A stretch of 64,000 nucleotides of DNA from the human T2T-CHM13v2.0 reference genome, Homo sapiens. Of the stretch, positions 24,815 to 49,280 are shown in pieces. The notes under the pieces are model-generated. The model ran no database searches, had not been told where the DNA came from, and saw only the letters and a program-made list of their open reading frames with translations. Every line of letters starts with the position of its first letter. The first letter of the stretch is position 1. The stretch lies in NCBI RefSeq assembly GCF_009914755.1, contig NC_060936.1; one strand, given 5' to 3'. The position numbers were made by a program, and so were the translations under genes.

Positions 24815-24820
24815 TTTATT
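24815..24820 (-). terminator. KDM2B: KDM2B proximal poly(A) signal AATAAA
   Basis: tttatt on + strand, about 900 nt downstream of the KDM2B stop codon. Confidence 0.5.
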
Positions 24821-25545
24821 CTACGTCTTGACTCACTGTATAAATTAGATCTATGTAAGTACAAGAGCTCATGCTGGAGCAGAACCTCCTGAGTGCAAAG
24901 GCTGAAGTCGAAATTTTAAAATTTGAGAAAAGTGAATTCTCTACAGAGGAAACTTGGCAGAGTATCTTACTTTGACTATAATTTACATTTATCCACAACA
25001 TGCTCATGTAACTCTTGAGGTACAAAGCAGACTCTCAACTTCCAGTTAAACATGCTTTTAAGTGGAAGGTCTTAGCCTACTTTGTTAGATCTGGGCACAT
25101 TTGTAGATGGGTTGTGTCGATGAAGTACACGTTAAATTCTCTCCTACCTTAAGGAAATCAGGAAAATTGGCAATCTCAAAACAATAAAAACACTGGTATG
25201 CATTCAAACCTTGCATAAATAACTTTTAAACAATTTGTACAAAAATAGTTCTGCATAATGTAAGATGTAACAAAACCAACCAAACAAAAAAAAGTGTCAA
25301 GACGGCAGCAGATGTGGTGTGTGGTCCACTTTATGTCAACACCCAAAACCTCGGTGTTGCAAGGAATGAAGTGTCCAAAACACCACTACCACTAACAGAA
25401 ACTCCTAAGCTCATGCTTCAGTATGAGAATTTCTCCGAAGTCCACCCTCCTCTCCGACAGGAATGTCTTCTTGTAAAGGCCGCCTTAGAAATGGTCCAGA
25501 AAGCAGTGCAGTTACGATTCAGAAAGACCAAAGGAAAGTGTCGGC

Positions 25546-25593
25546 TCACTCATCCCCCAAACGGGTGGTTGAACAGCTTCTCCCTTGGAAAGA
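25546..25593 (-). CDS. KDM2B: KDM2B alternative terminal coding segment (SFQGRSCSTTRLGDE*)
   Basis: Reached by splicing internal donor TCT|GTGAGT (25771) to ttccattttgcaag|TCT; in frame; TGA at 25548-25546. Resembles an isoform C-terminus I recall but cannot verify here. Confidence 0.65.
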   Translation of the reverse strand, partial: SFQGRSCSTTRLGDE

Positions 25594-25717
25594 CTTGCAA
25601 AATGGAATTGCGTTGTGGTCTGTTGTCCCACGTTCCAAATGGAAAATAAAAGCCCTCATTTTTGTAAAGTCTCTCCCCTCCCAGAGCCCGCCCCGTATTT
25701 ACATACTTATCCTTGGA

Positions 25718-25990
<273 letters not shown>

Positions 25991-26566
25991 TCAGAGCTCT
26001 ACATATTCCAGTCCCTGCTGTGCTGCACTAAATAAAATGTTATTTGCTTAAAATCTCTCTTCTTCAAACGGGGAAGGGTCTCACCCGCCAGGTATAAAGG
26101 TTAATATATGCCTCAAAAGCATTCAGATAACCACGTGAAAATCACTTCTGATTTACCACACAGCTGCCTCTATACGTGCGTATGCTCATGTAAGTAGTTC
26201 TATGTGCTTTTACAATGATAGGTTCACACACCATGTCAAGTAGCTTGCTTTTCTCATCTAATATGTTGTTGATGAGTACTGCTCTATGTCTATTACTGTG
26301 CATTTATTTGCCTCCTCCCTTCAGATAAATTCCCAGAGGGGCATTGCTGGGTCACAGAAAGAACATCCCTAAGGGCATCTTGGGATCATTTTTGCTTTTG
26401 CAGGCCGCAGTGCTTTGGAGCAATTCACAGCATGAGGGACAGCTGTTTGGCCCTAACTCCAGGACTGACCGTGTGCCAGCAGCCTAGACACCAGACCAAC
26501 ATGCCCTTCTAGCAAAAGCAGAATTCAGACTTCATCACACCCTCATCTGCAGACACACCCTTTGTG

Positions 26567-27610
<1,044 letters not shown>

Positions 27611-28949
27611 AATAACTCAGTTTTTCAAAGGGTATCCCTTAATCTTCTAATTAATCCCTCAAGTAGTTCCCCCTCAAATGGCTGACCCTCTTTATAATCT
27701 TACTGCAAAATCCAATGATGAAGGAAGTTGTAGAATGTTATCATACAATTCCTTCGGGAAACTCATGATCCCCAAAACTCAATACTTGATTCATTTTAAG
27801 TATAAAGAATAGGGATTTTACTAATATGTTTATTTTCATATACTTTTCATTTTTCATTATTTACTATGACATGTTGACCAGTTAGATTTGAACTCCTGGT
27901 CTCAAGTGATCCTCCCCACCCAGCCTCCCAGACCACTGGGATATAGGTGTTGAGCCTGTCTGACCAGGATGGTTTTCTTAGAGGATGTCCCACATTCACA
28001 CTTGTCATCTTAAAGGTGTCATTTAGCTTGTTCCATCTCTCCTGTTTTTCCTATAAACTGCAGATATCCCAGAGGCTTGCTTAGATTCAGGCTAGACATT
28101 TTCAGCAAGAAATCACCCTCAGAATCTTCCATCTTGACCCTGTTCCCAGCTCCCTATCTGCCTTCCAGAGCACTGTCTAGCTCATCCCCAGAATGCGTCT
28201 CATTCCTTACTCAGATGCAGCTATGCTGTCCCCACTCCATCACCAGCTCAGGGATATTTTTCCCCTGTAATGTTTGCCTAGTTCCTGGCTAGAAGGGACT
28301 GACCCAAGTCCTGCCTCTCCCTTGACACCTTCAAGCACCAGAGCAGGCAGCTCCCATGCCAGAGAACTCTGCCATCTGGCTGGCACACTGCTGTGGCCTG
28401 TAGCTGTCAGACGGCTGAGGGGGCCTCAAGTGCATCCTGGCAGTTACCTGTCGGTGGTAAGGCAGCACTTGGTGTGAAGTGAGACCTGGAGGCCCAGCTG
28501 GCTCCTTTTCTGAGTTGTCTTTGGGTACTAATTTGGGCCCTCTTTGGAGGCTCATTCATGCCCAGCCAGCATTCTTCCTGGCTTGTGGTTCACATATTCC
28601 CCAAAACTGGAGCCCAAAGACCCTTCCAACAAAGAAGCTAGAAGGAAAAGACTTTCTTTGGTCCCTCTGTGCGTTAGAGTTCACTGCAGCCTGGTTTCTC
28701 GGACCTTCCACAGGCAGGCTGACAGATGTTTCCTGCTGGCGCGTGGGGCCCGCCTGCCCGCCCGCCAGCCTGTGGAGGAACATCACTTTTGTTAGCATCC
28801 TCATCAGTTCTCCCTCCGCCTTTAAACATTTTAGATCTGGAATCTCACTACTTTGCCCAGGCTGGTCTAGGACACCTGGGCTCAAGTGATCCTCCCACCT
28901 CAGCTTCCTGAGTAGCTGGGACTATAGGTGTGTGCCACCATGCCTAGCT

Positions 28950-30735
<1,786 letters not shown>

Positions 30736-31554
30736 AATTATTTTTCTAATTTTGGAAGCTGGAGAAGAGGTAACAATTTAGGAGACCTGAGAAAGCTTAA
30801 TTAACCCTAAAGTGGCTGAGGGGAAAGCAGAAAAGAATGATTATTCTATAGAACACCTCCAAGGTGTTTAGTTGTGATTTCTCAGAAATTCCTCTTGCAT
30901 TGGAAGTGACATGTACATTGGAAGTGGGGCTAAAGATGGTGTTAGTAACAGAAGCACTGGTTGAAAATCTATTCAAGGAGCAGTAAGATGTCCAGATTCC
31001 TTCCCCAGCAGAAGACTGGGGTTTTAGTCTCTGATGGGCTGGGCTCCAGTGGGCACAGAAATTAGGGGTGCCCACTCAAAAGTGGGGGCTAAGGGAAAAT
31101 TTACCTGCTGACTGTTGAGAACCTCCTTCCCCCATCAAGCCCCATACTTGACCATACCAATGGCGGTCCACCCTACACCCTTAGGAGATCAAGGAGAGTC
31201 TTTCTGGCAATCCTGACCAGCTTAAGAGAAAGATGGAAAGATGTGATGTCCAGGTTTCACCAAAGAAACGACACACAGAGACCACCCTGTAAGTGTCGTC
31301 CATAGCAGACAAGCTCCAACCGCGTGCCCAGAGCTTCTGATCACCCTTGAGTGGAGGGACAAGCAAGCATCAGCATTCAAGCTGAGGAGGGCCTCTGCTG
31401 AAGGCCACTGACAGCATTTGAAGGGAACAGTCAATGCAGAGAGAAGAAAATAAAACAATCATTCATATCCTCAGGTAGGAAAGTTATCTGGCTCCAAGAA
31501 ACAACTGGCCATTCCACAAAAAGTTCAGAGAATACAGCTTGAAAATTAAACATA

Positions 31555-31630
31555 TAGGTTGAACCATATGAAAATGCCAACATTTGACTACTTTTGACTT
31601 ATAAAAACAGCAGTTTCATATGGTTCAACT
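31555..31630. mobile_element. MADE2-like mariner MITE (palindromic)
   Basis: Perfect 16-bp inverted repeat GTTGAACCATATGAAA (31558-31573) / TTTCATATGGTTCAAC (31614-31629); ~76 bp in total. Confidence 0.8.
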
Positions 31631-31668
31631 GCACAACAGCAGAAACTAAAAACTCAGTGTATAAGTTG

Positions 31669-32090
<422 letters not shown>

Positions 32091-33352
32091 TTAAGAAAGA
32101 AGAAGTTTTTCTACAAGTGAAGAACACAGACGTCCAGACTGAACGGCTTCTGTGAGTGTTCAGCATGGTAGGTGAAATGGACTCAAACCTGTTTGTCATC
32201 AAAAATTGCAGACAATTACAGACGACTTTCTATTAACTTACAAGGAGAGAAAATAGATTCACTGACAGATGAAGAATCAAATGGTTTTAGACCTTGCCTC
32301 TGGAAGGCAGAAGATGGTGGAGCAAAACCTCCCACTTACTGTAGCAACAGGCTCCCAGACTAGGGTTCTATACCCAGCAGAACTAGCAACTAAATGGGAA
32401 GGTATATAATAAAAACAAATTCAGACACACAGGGTCTAGAAAATGTCTCTCACCAAATGTGAGAGTAAACCAAGAAAGAAGATATGAGATCAAGGAAGGA
32501 GGGTACCTAGGCCAAGACAGAGACCAAAGGAGTCCAGGATGGCAGCAGTGGGGCGGGCAGTCCCAGAGGAGAAAACGGAAGGGGAGGAAAAGAAGTCAGG
32601 AGGCAGCTCTCGTACAAAAACTGGTCAAGAAACTGATGAGTTGGGGGTGGGGAGGGGGAGAGCATTCAATTCTGTTGTACCATTTGCATAGAAACTAAGC
32701 AAAATGAGGCAATTAATAAAAACATTGAGCAAGAAAGAAAATGTACTCATAATACACTATTTGGCTCAACAGTGACCAACACTTAACATGGTCATAATAA
32801 GTGAAAGAATAGTGACAACCAAAAATTGGAAAAGATGGAGGGAGAAAAACGGGTGGGGAGTGGGAGGGAAGGATACAACAGTAATAAATCCTCATGTTAT
32901 ATAATAGCAAGCTAATAAATATATAATGTCCACATGGGAAAAAAAAAGAAATTGCAGTATATGGGCTGCCAAAGCAAGCACTAGGCTTGCTATTTTGAAA
33001 TAGCAGAGGTAAACACTGGAAGAAAGAATTCAAGAGTTTAAGGCATTGTCTCAGGTAGTGAGGATGGGGTAAAGGGAAAGGCAGGGGACTGCCTTGAGCA
33101 CCCAGTAAATTTTCCACGATGGAATTCGGCCAGAACAATAGCTAGAATTGCAACTTCCCTTGTCACGAGACCAGATCCTCCAACCAAGTTTAAGGATCTT
33201 GAGGCATGTCAACTGTCATCTATTTTGTGGCACAGACTTATTTCCCATCTCTGGTGCTTGCATCAGGACAAGCTTATTTTTCCAGTAACTCAACTGGTTA
33301 CACCGATGAGAGGGGAATTTTTTTTTTTTTTAAGAAAATCTAGAAGAGTTTA

Positions 33353-33739
<387 letters not shown>

Positions 33740-35257
33740 TCAATTTATCATGCTGGAAAAACAAAATGCAAAAGATGATTTGCATGCACACACACAGCAT
33801 GGCCCACACCGCAGGGGAGGGAATTTATACTGAGATCTCTGCTACGCATCCATAATAACTAAACCAGGATATAATGAAGAGATGTAATAAAATGCCAGCA
33901 CTTAGAGTAAGACGACTCCCAGGCCCTCTCCAAAGGGCAGCTCCATCACCCATTCAAGGCCATGACCTGGCCCTTGAGCTGGAGAAGCCTCAATTCACTC
34001 TGGTTCTTTGCGTCCACGAGGTGGAACAATCCCTGCCACCAAAACTTCATGAGGAGAAGGAATGGCTTCCTAGGTCCCGAATGATCTCATCCCATCCAAA
34101 GCTCCCATGCCCCTGCTATGAGGCATGGTTGCCAGACAGTTTATCAGGCATAAATGTGGGATGCAGAGGAGAAAACAACGTGTATGTCACCACTGCGCTG
34201 TGTGAAAAATGTAATTTGATGAGATGGGGATGTCCTTAGTACTTGGTAATTTCTAAGGGTAAAAAAAAAAAAAAACCTGTAGTTTCTTTTTCTCTTTCTT
34301 TTTTTGCTCTCACGCAAACCCAACACCCCCCAATCCAGACCATCCTAAGCTACCAGACCAAAATTGGGTTAGTTGGGCGAAGAGCAGGCAGCATTGCTCT
34401 GTGTACCTCGCTGCATACTGGAGCCCCAAGTCCTTCAGAACCAACTGCCGCCCCAACGGCAAGTGCAGCGAGCGAAGATCCTGCACCACAGCGACAGACA
34501 GAGAACAATAATGGAACTCACTGTGGGTTTTTTTCTCTCCAACAACAGGCCCCTTGATAGCAGGGTCACAAGGGGTGCATGTAAGCAACGACAGCAAAGG
34601 CAGAAACCAAGCTCCCTCCTGCCCACCAGGGCCCTTGCCTCCCGGCCCCCACTGTCTCAACACCCTGGTTGTCAGGCACCGGCTCTTCTGCACCCCCTCG
34701 GGAAGCTGTCCCTTGTCCGTATTTTGGGTCAGGAACCACTGCTATGTGCTTGTGGCTGCTGCTAACTGGCACTATTTTGGGGTAGCAATTACTACAACTC
34801 CAATGGTAACTTTTTTTTTTTTTTTTTTTGAGACAGTTTTGGTCTTGTCACATAGGCTGGAGTGCAGTGGCGCCATCTTGGCTCACGGCGACCTCCACTG
34901 CCAGTTTCAAGCGATTCTCCTGCCTCAGCCTCCCGAGTAGCTGGGATTACAGGCGCCGGCCACCAACCCCCGGCTAATTTTTGTATTTTTTTGTAGAGAC
35001 GGGGTTTCACCATGTTGGCCAGGCTAGTCTCGAACTCCTGTCCTTATGATCCACCTGCCTCGGCCTCCCAACGTGCTGGGATTACGGGCGTGAGCTACCG
35101 CACCCGGCCAACAGTAACTCTTTGTTTACTGTGTTTCCCCCCTGGACTGGGCTGTCTGTCTCAGTAAACGAGACACCTAGCACTGTGACCACATAGCTGT
35201 AGACACACGAATCGTTTTCCACAAATGTGAACCTCCTGGTTCTCCCACGGAGTGTTA

Positions 35258-35605
<348 letters not shown>

Positions 35606-35923
35606 TCAGATTTCATTTAGTTATAAACTGCTTCCTCCCAAAATCATAATTCCAACAGTGAAAAATCAGACTCCACATCAAAACTTAGATTTTCAGATTC
35701 TCTTGAAAAACTAAAAGACCTAGAAACACTATGCCCACATTCCACCCAGTAGTCATCAGCCAACCAGTGCAGAGGCTGCGCAGCATCTCCGATCCCCATG
35801 GCTTGGCGAGAAGCACGGACCTAGGCAGTCCAGCCCAGTCCAGGGGGAGGTGCCATCCTGGAAGCCTTTGCACAACCACACTGATCCCGATGGCAGTGGA
35901 GGCTTGAAACCAACGAGGGGCAA

Positions 35924-36692
<769 letters not shown>

Positions 36693-36771
36693 TCAGAGGT
36701 GGGGCTCCTCTAGGGAGCCCACACACAGCTCTTAACTGTCCCCACCTAACAACCTCTGGGAGGCTCCTTAA

Positions 36772-37122
<351 letters not shown>

Positions 37123-37585
37123 TAGGATTACAGGCATGAGCCACTGCGCCCGGCCTCCATCAAGTATTTACCATGGGCTTTACAACGCCCTCTACCGGCC
37201 GTTCCTCCAAACAACCCCCATGAAGCTGGCGTCATGCCCGTTCATCCAAGAGGGTAAGGCAGAGCTAAGGCCAGAAAGCTGGTAAATATCGGCTGGACTG
37301 AAGTTGCAACTCGCAGCCTTGCTGGAAACCTGGACTAACTCTCCGAAGCCAAGGACTCCACGTGGTCCTCACTTCACCCTCCAGGAAGCTAAATCGGAAT
37401 AAACGGGGTCACCTCCTCTGACAAGACCAGAGGGGCCGCTGTAGCCAGCTGGAACGCTTTGCGGAGCACAATGAAGCCATACTGGGGTTTGGAAGGAAAG
37501 AGCATCGCCAGCGACTCCACACACCACGGGCCATCCCTGGTGCCGCCTGAGCCTTAACCTAGAGCCCTACACAGGCCGCCGCTCA

Positions 37586-38460
<875 letters not shown>

Positions 38461-39085
38461 CTGTCACGAAAAAGAAAGGACGCAGAGCTTGCTCCCCGGG
38501 CTCGTGGGATTTGGTCTCCTCGACACCCCACCCCACCACGAGTCCACAGTCTCCAGAGGAGGGGCTGGAGGGAGGCCTTCCCCACAAATGCCATCTCCAC
38601 GTCTGACCGACAGACGGGCGAGCCCTGCCTGCAGCTTTCAAGGAAGAAGCTGGAAGTAGGAGTACAGTTGAACTGTTCCCACCCAACTGACCTCCCACCC
38701 CACAGACCTGGAGATGTGCAGCCGCCCATTCAAATCATCCTCGGCTCTGGGAGCCAGTTCTGGAGCACAGCCCTGTGGGAATCCCCGGCCCAGCAGGAAT
38801 GGCTAGAGCTGGGAGAGACTCCTGGCGCCACCTTGTGGCTGGTGACAGCACGGCCCGTGGGTGGAGCAGGGCCACCAGGCTCCTCAGAGGTTCCCTGGAC
38901 TCACAGCTTCCATCCCAACCAACAGAGGCTCTAGGCACAGACAGCTTCCCAGGCCCCAAGCCAGAACCACGAGCCAGAGATCTGGGGCCGAGACCTGGGA
39001 AGCCTCAGGAGAGGCAGCAGTGGGGTGGAGGACCAGCGGGGTGGGGTGGGGGACAGCCCAGGACTCGCCAGTCCCCGGGGCCTCA

Positions 39086-39223
<138 letters not shown>

Positions 39224-39441
39224 CTAAAGGGGGGTGGAGTGGGAAGAGGAGTGACTCGCTGGTTTTCCCCTCCTTTCTTTGGGGCAGGGCTCTCAGGACT
39301 TAGGTGACCTGCTCAGGGCAGCAAGAGGCCGGGATTATCCCAAGCTCTACCTGCTGCCCACCCCCTGCCCCATCCCTCCAACCCAGCACCCGGGACCAGC
39401 CAGACCAACCCCTTTGCCTCCCAGCCCCTCCTGGTCCGTAC

Positions 39442-39702
39442 CCGCTTGCGTCCACTCAGCTCCTGGGGCTTCTCGTATTTCCGCTTCTTCCTCAGGTGCA
39501 CGTCGTCAGACTTTCTGCGCAGAAGGCCGTCCGGCGGCACCTTCTTCGAGTGCTCATCCGACCTGCGCCGGGGCGCCTCCTCACACTCACTCCTCCGCTT
39601 GGCAGGTTCCTGCCCTTCCTTGTTGTCCCGGTTCATCTTCTGCTCCTTGAGCAGGGAGCCGGGCAGGTTGGAGGCGTACTTAAAGCCAGGGCCACGCTTT
39701 TG
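39442..39702 (-). CDS. KDM2B: KDM2B coding exon (261 nt; [12 protein letters not shown]...QELSGRKR)
   Basis: Acceptor cctacaag|CAA and donor CGG|gtacgg; phase 0-0. Confidence 0.94.
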
Positions 39703-39782
39703 CTTGTAGGCCAAAAAGAGAGAATGAACAGACCAACTGTATACCTTTGGACTTGCCCTTCCTCCTCCCCAGGCCGACGGCA
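39703..39782 (-). ncRNA. MIR7107: Intronic pre-miRNA hairpin ending at the 3' splice site (5'-tailed mirtron)
   Basis: On the - strand GGCCTGGGGAGGAGGAAGGGCAAGTCCAA pairs with TTGGTCTGTTCATTCTCTCTTTTTGGCC, followed by TACAAG = acceptor. Matches hsa-mir-7107 as recalled. Confidence 0.8.
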
Positions 39783-39879
39783 ACCCACCTGCCTGAAACT
39801 CCTGGGACAGGCTGGTCCCGGCCAGGCCCAGGCCCGCCCCTCTCCCGACTGACCCTGGGACTTGGAGCCCGGCACTCAC

Positions 39880-39966
39880 TTTCCCGGTCTTGCCGGCGTG
39901 GTTACACTTCGGACACTCCCAGCAGTTTGGAAGCTCGTCGTTGACCACACCCTCTGACTCCTTAAT
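39880..39966 (-). CDS. KDM2B: KDM2B coding exon (87 nt; [29 protein letters not shown]), C-terminal half of PHD finger
   Basis: Acceptor ccccgcag|ATT and donor AAA|gtgagt; PHD WxCPxC signature. Confidence 0.96.
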
Positions 39967-40581
39967 CTGCGGGGAACACCAGGACTCAGAAGAGGGACGG
40001 GCGGAGAAGATGGCCCACGGGCACAAGGCTCTGTGACGCCACGTCTTCCAGAAGCAGCAGCACCCCCTCCCCAACGTCACATCTATCCCGTTTCCAGGCA
40101 AAAGAAAACACAGCTGCAGAGGCTGGCAGAGACGGGCAGCTGTGGATCCAGGCCAGGGTTCAGAGGCTGAGCCCCTTTGCTTCTCTGGGACCCTGGGCAA
40201 GACACTCCGTCTCTGTGGGCTGGTGCCCTCGGCCATAAAAGTTAGTGTGCCCATCTCACTGGGGGGGTATGACCCAGGTAAAGCCATGAGCTCAGCGCCT
40301 GGCATGCAGAAAGGACTCTGCAGAGGACTCTACTGGGTGCTGGGGGAAGGAGTGTGGTGTGGGGCCTTGTTCTCCCAGAAGCCTGGAGCCACCTGGAGGC
40401 GCTTCCTCTGGCCCAGCTACAAACAAGCAGCCTGTGTTTGCCATCTGCTGAGGCTCTGGAAACCCTCTCTGGTTCTGACATCCTGGGAGGTGGGGGTGTG
40501 TTTATTCCTTTGATGACACTGGGTCTCTGAGGTACTCCAGGCCCTCCTTGCCCCGGGCTTATCCCTTGACACACAGGATCA

Positions 40582-40875
<294 letters not shown>

Positions 40876-40974
40876 TCATCAGGGGTGGGGAGCACGGACC
40901 CCCAGGGGGGCCAGTTCAAGGGCAATGAGCTGCTCCCCTTGGGCCTGCCAGGAGACCCCCGGAAAGTGGCCCAG

Positions 40975-41260
40975 GCACATTCGCTCACTCATTCATTGAA
41001 ATACGTATCAGGCTACTACCTCCACATGCCAGATACTACTCTTAATTGCTGGGGATACAGCAAGGAACAAGACAGCTCAAAATCTCTGCCATCCAGAGCT
41101 TACATTTTAGTGGAGGGAGGCAGACAAAATGGACAGAGCATGTTAGAGACAGAGACATGGGGAAAAATTAGAGGGCTGGAGTGAGGGGCAGAAGGGGGGC
41201 TGATTTTAAATATGGAGGTCAGGGAAGGCCTCACATTCAGAAAAGCCCCAAAGGAGCAGG
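40975..41260 (-). mobile_element. L2 3'-end fragment
   Basis: cattcattgaaatacgtatcaggctactacc...tgccagatact...gctggggatacagca...aacaagacag pattern. Confidence 0.6.
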
Positions 41261-41309
41261 GGCGTGAGCGCAGCCCAGATCCATGCGGATGAGATGAAGC
41301 TGCATCTCA

Positions 41310-43952
<2,643 letters not shown>

Positions 43953-45309
43953 ACCCGGCTGTGAGCCCCCTGAGGCCAGGGCAGGTCAGCCTCATCCCGC
44001 CCAGTGCACCTGCAGACAGAGGAAGCACGCAGCCAACCTTTATTATGCTGCTCAGAGGAGCTTCAAGCAGGCTGGGATATACACGCCATTGGTAAGTGAA
44101 AAAGACTTGATTAAATGGCGCAAATGTTTGAATTCTAATAAACAGGACACAGAAGGCAAGGCAGTCATCGTTCCTTCCACAAATACCAAACACACATCTG
44201 CCACGGCCTGAAACAAGGTCCTGGGGCCACAGGAGCGAGGGAGATGGCTGCTCCCCATGAGCTATTTGGGAAGACAAAGACATTAAGTCGCTGAAATCCA
44301 AAGAAAACATGGAAAAATCATGTTCAAGAGTTCTCAGAAGCAGCAGAGGCTGATTTCTGGAGGACTTGGAGGACAGGGTGGAGAGAAGCCAAGTGGGCAA
44401 GGCCGCGGGGCCTCAAGGTGAATGAGGACAGAGCAGGCCAGGCCAAAGGGGACGTCTGGGGACCAGACTGCAGCGGGGGGCACAGGGTGAAGCACGGCCC
44501 ACACGGCAAGAAGAGGGTCTGTGGTGGGGTGGGGCAGATGGCAGAACGGGCTCTGAGCCAGGTGGCAGGATGGGAGGCGGTGCCAGAGGCAAATCTCCTG
44601 CAGGGGCTGGCAGGGGGCTTGGGGCGCATGTGGGGGGGCAGACTGCAGGACACCAGCATGACATCGGCATGACACTGGCAGGGACATGGTGGAGAGGGGA
44701 GGCTACGGAGGCAGCCCCAGCGACGGAGCAAAGGGAGGGTCCAGAAAAGGAAGATAGGTGGGGCTGCGTATGTCACAGGTGGGTAACACGTGAGAAGTGC
44801 CCTGGCAGAGCAGAAGGGCTAGGAGAAGAGTAAGAAGGACCCCAAGGGTCAGGCCAAGCCTGCATCTGCCATCAGTTCCAGAAGCCACGTCAAGCTGAAG
44901 AGAGTAGGAGACGTAGAAAAATGGGGTTTCCTTCAACCAGCATGCGCTGTGCCAGGCACCAGAGCTGCAAAGATAAGATGGCACCCGAGACAGGTTTCCT
45001 ATAACTGGGCCCAGCACACGGGGGCTGGGAGATAATAATGCCAAAGAGAAAAAGACAGTCGCGGGTTCATTACTGGCACACATTGGGTTTTAGGTGACAC
45101 CGTTCTAAAAACCAACAGTTGCTATAGACAAGCTCTTTTAAATTCTATAGGATCCAATGGGTCACATGGACCCAGTCTCCAAAAAATGCACATCCATGCA
45201 TGCACATAGACAAAAATGCATTTAATTTCAGGATGGCTCACAAATTCCCCGAAATCCATGGAAATGTCCTGGGGTTCGGGTACCAATTAAAAGCACAAGC
45301 AGTGGAACT

Positions 45310-47735
<2,426 letters not shown>

Positions 47736-47779
47736 AAACAAAACACAAGAAATATGCGTGGAAGGAGATGGCTGAGGTG

Positions 47780-48800
<1,021 letters not shown>

Positions 48801-48841
48801 AGATGGGGAGACTGCAGGCACGGCCAGACCCCCGGAAAGGG

Positions 48842-49280
48842 TGTTAGGGAGCAAACTGTGTACCCCCAGAAAGACACGATGGGGGCTCTAAACCCCATTC
48901 CTCAGAGTGTGATCTTTATTTGGAGATGGGGGCTTTGCAGAGACCGTCAGGTTAAACGAGGTAATTCAGGTGAACGCTAATCCAGTATGACTGGTGTCCT
49001 TACGAAAGGGGAACTTTTGGACACAGAGACAGACACGCACGTAGAGAACGTGTGTGAAGACACAGGCCTTCCACAGACTGGAGCCCTGTCTACAAGCCAA
49101 GAAGTGCCAAGGATGGCAGCACATACCAGGAGCTGGAGGCGCGGGGAAGGACCCTCCCCTAGAGCCCGCAGAGCCAGCCCGGCCCGCCAGCCCACACCTT
49201 GACTTCAGACTCCTGGCCTCCAGAACCGGGAGAGAAGAAAGGCCGGTTGTTTTAAGCCACCCGTTATGGCAGCCCTAGGA
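48842..49280 (+). mobile_element. MLT1 (MaLR) solo LTR
   Basis: tgtgatctttatttggagatggg...ctaatccagtatgactggtgtcctta...ccttgacttcagactcctggcctccagaac...ttttaagccaccc...ttatggcagccctagga. Confidence 0.8.

Noticed and set aside
34240-34790. Non-repeat intronic stretch with several overlapping ORFs and a 9-bp inverted repeat
   Set aside because: No convincing splice-site pair, domain or structure; conservation data would be needed to call it an element.
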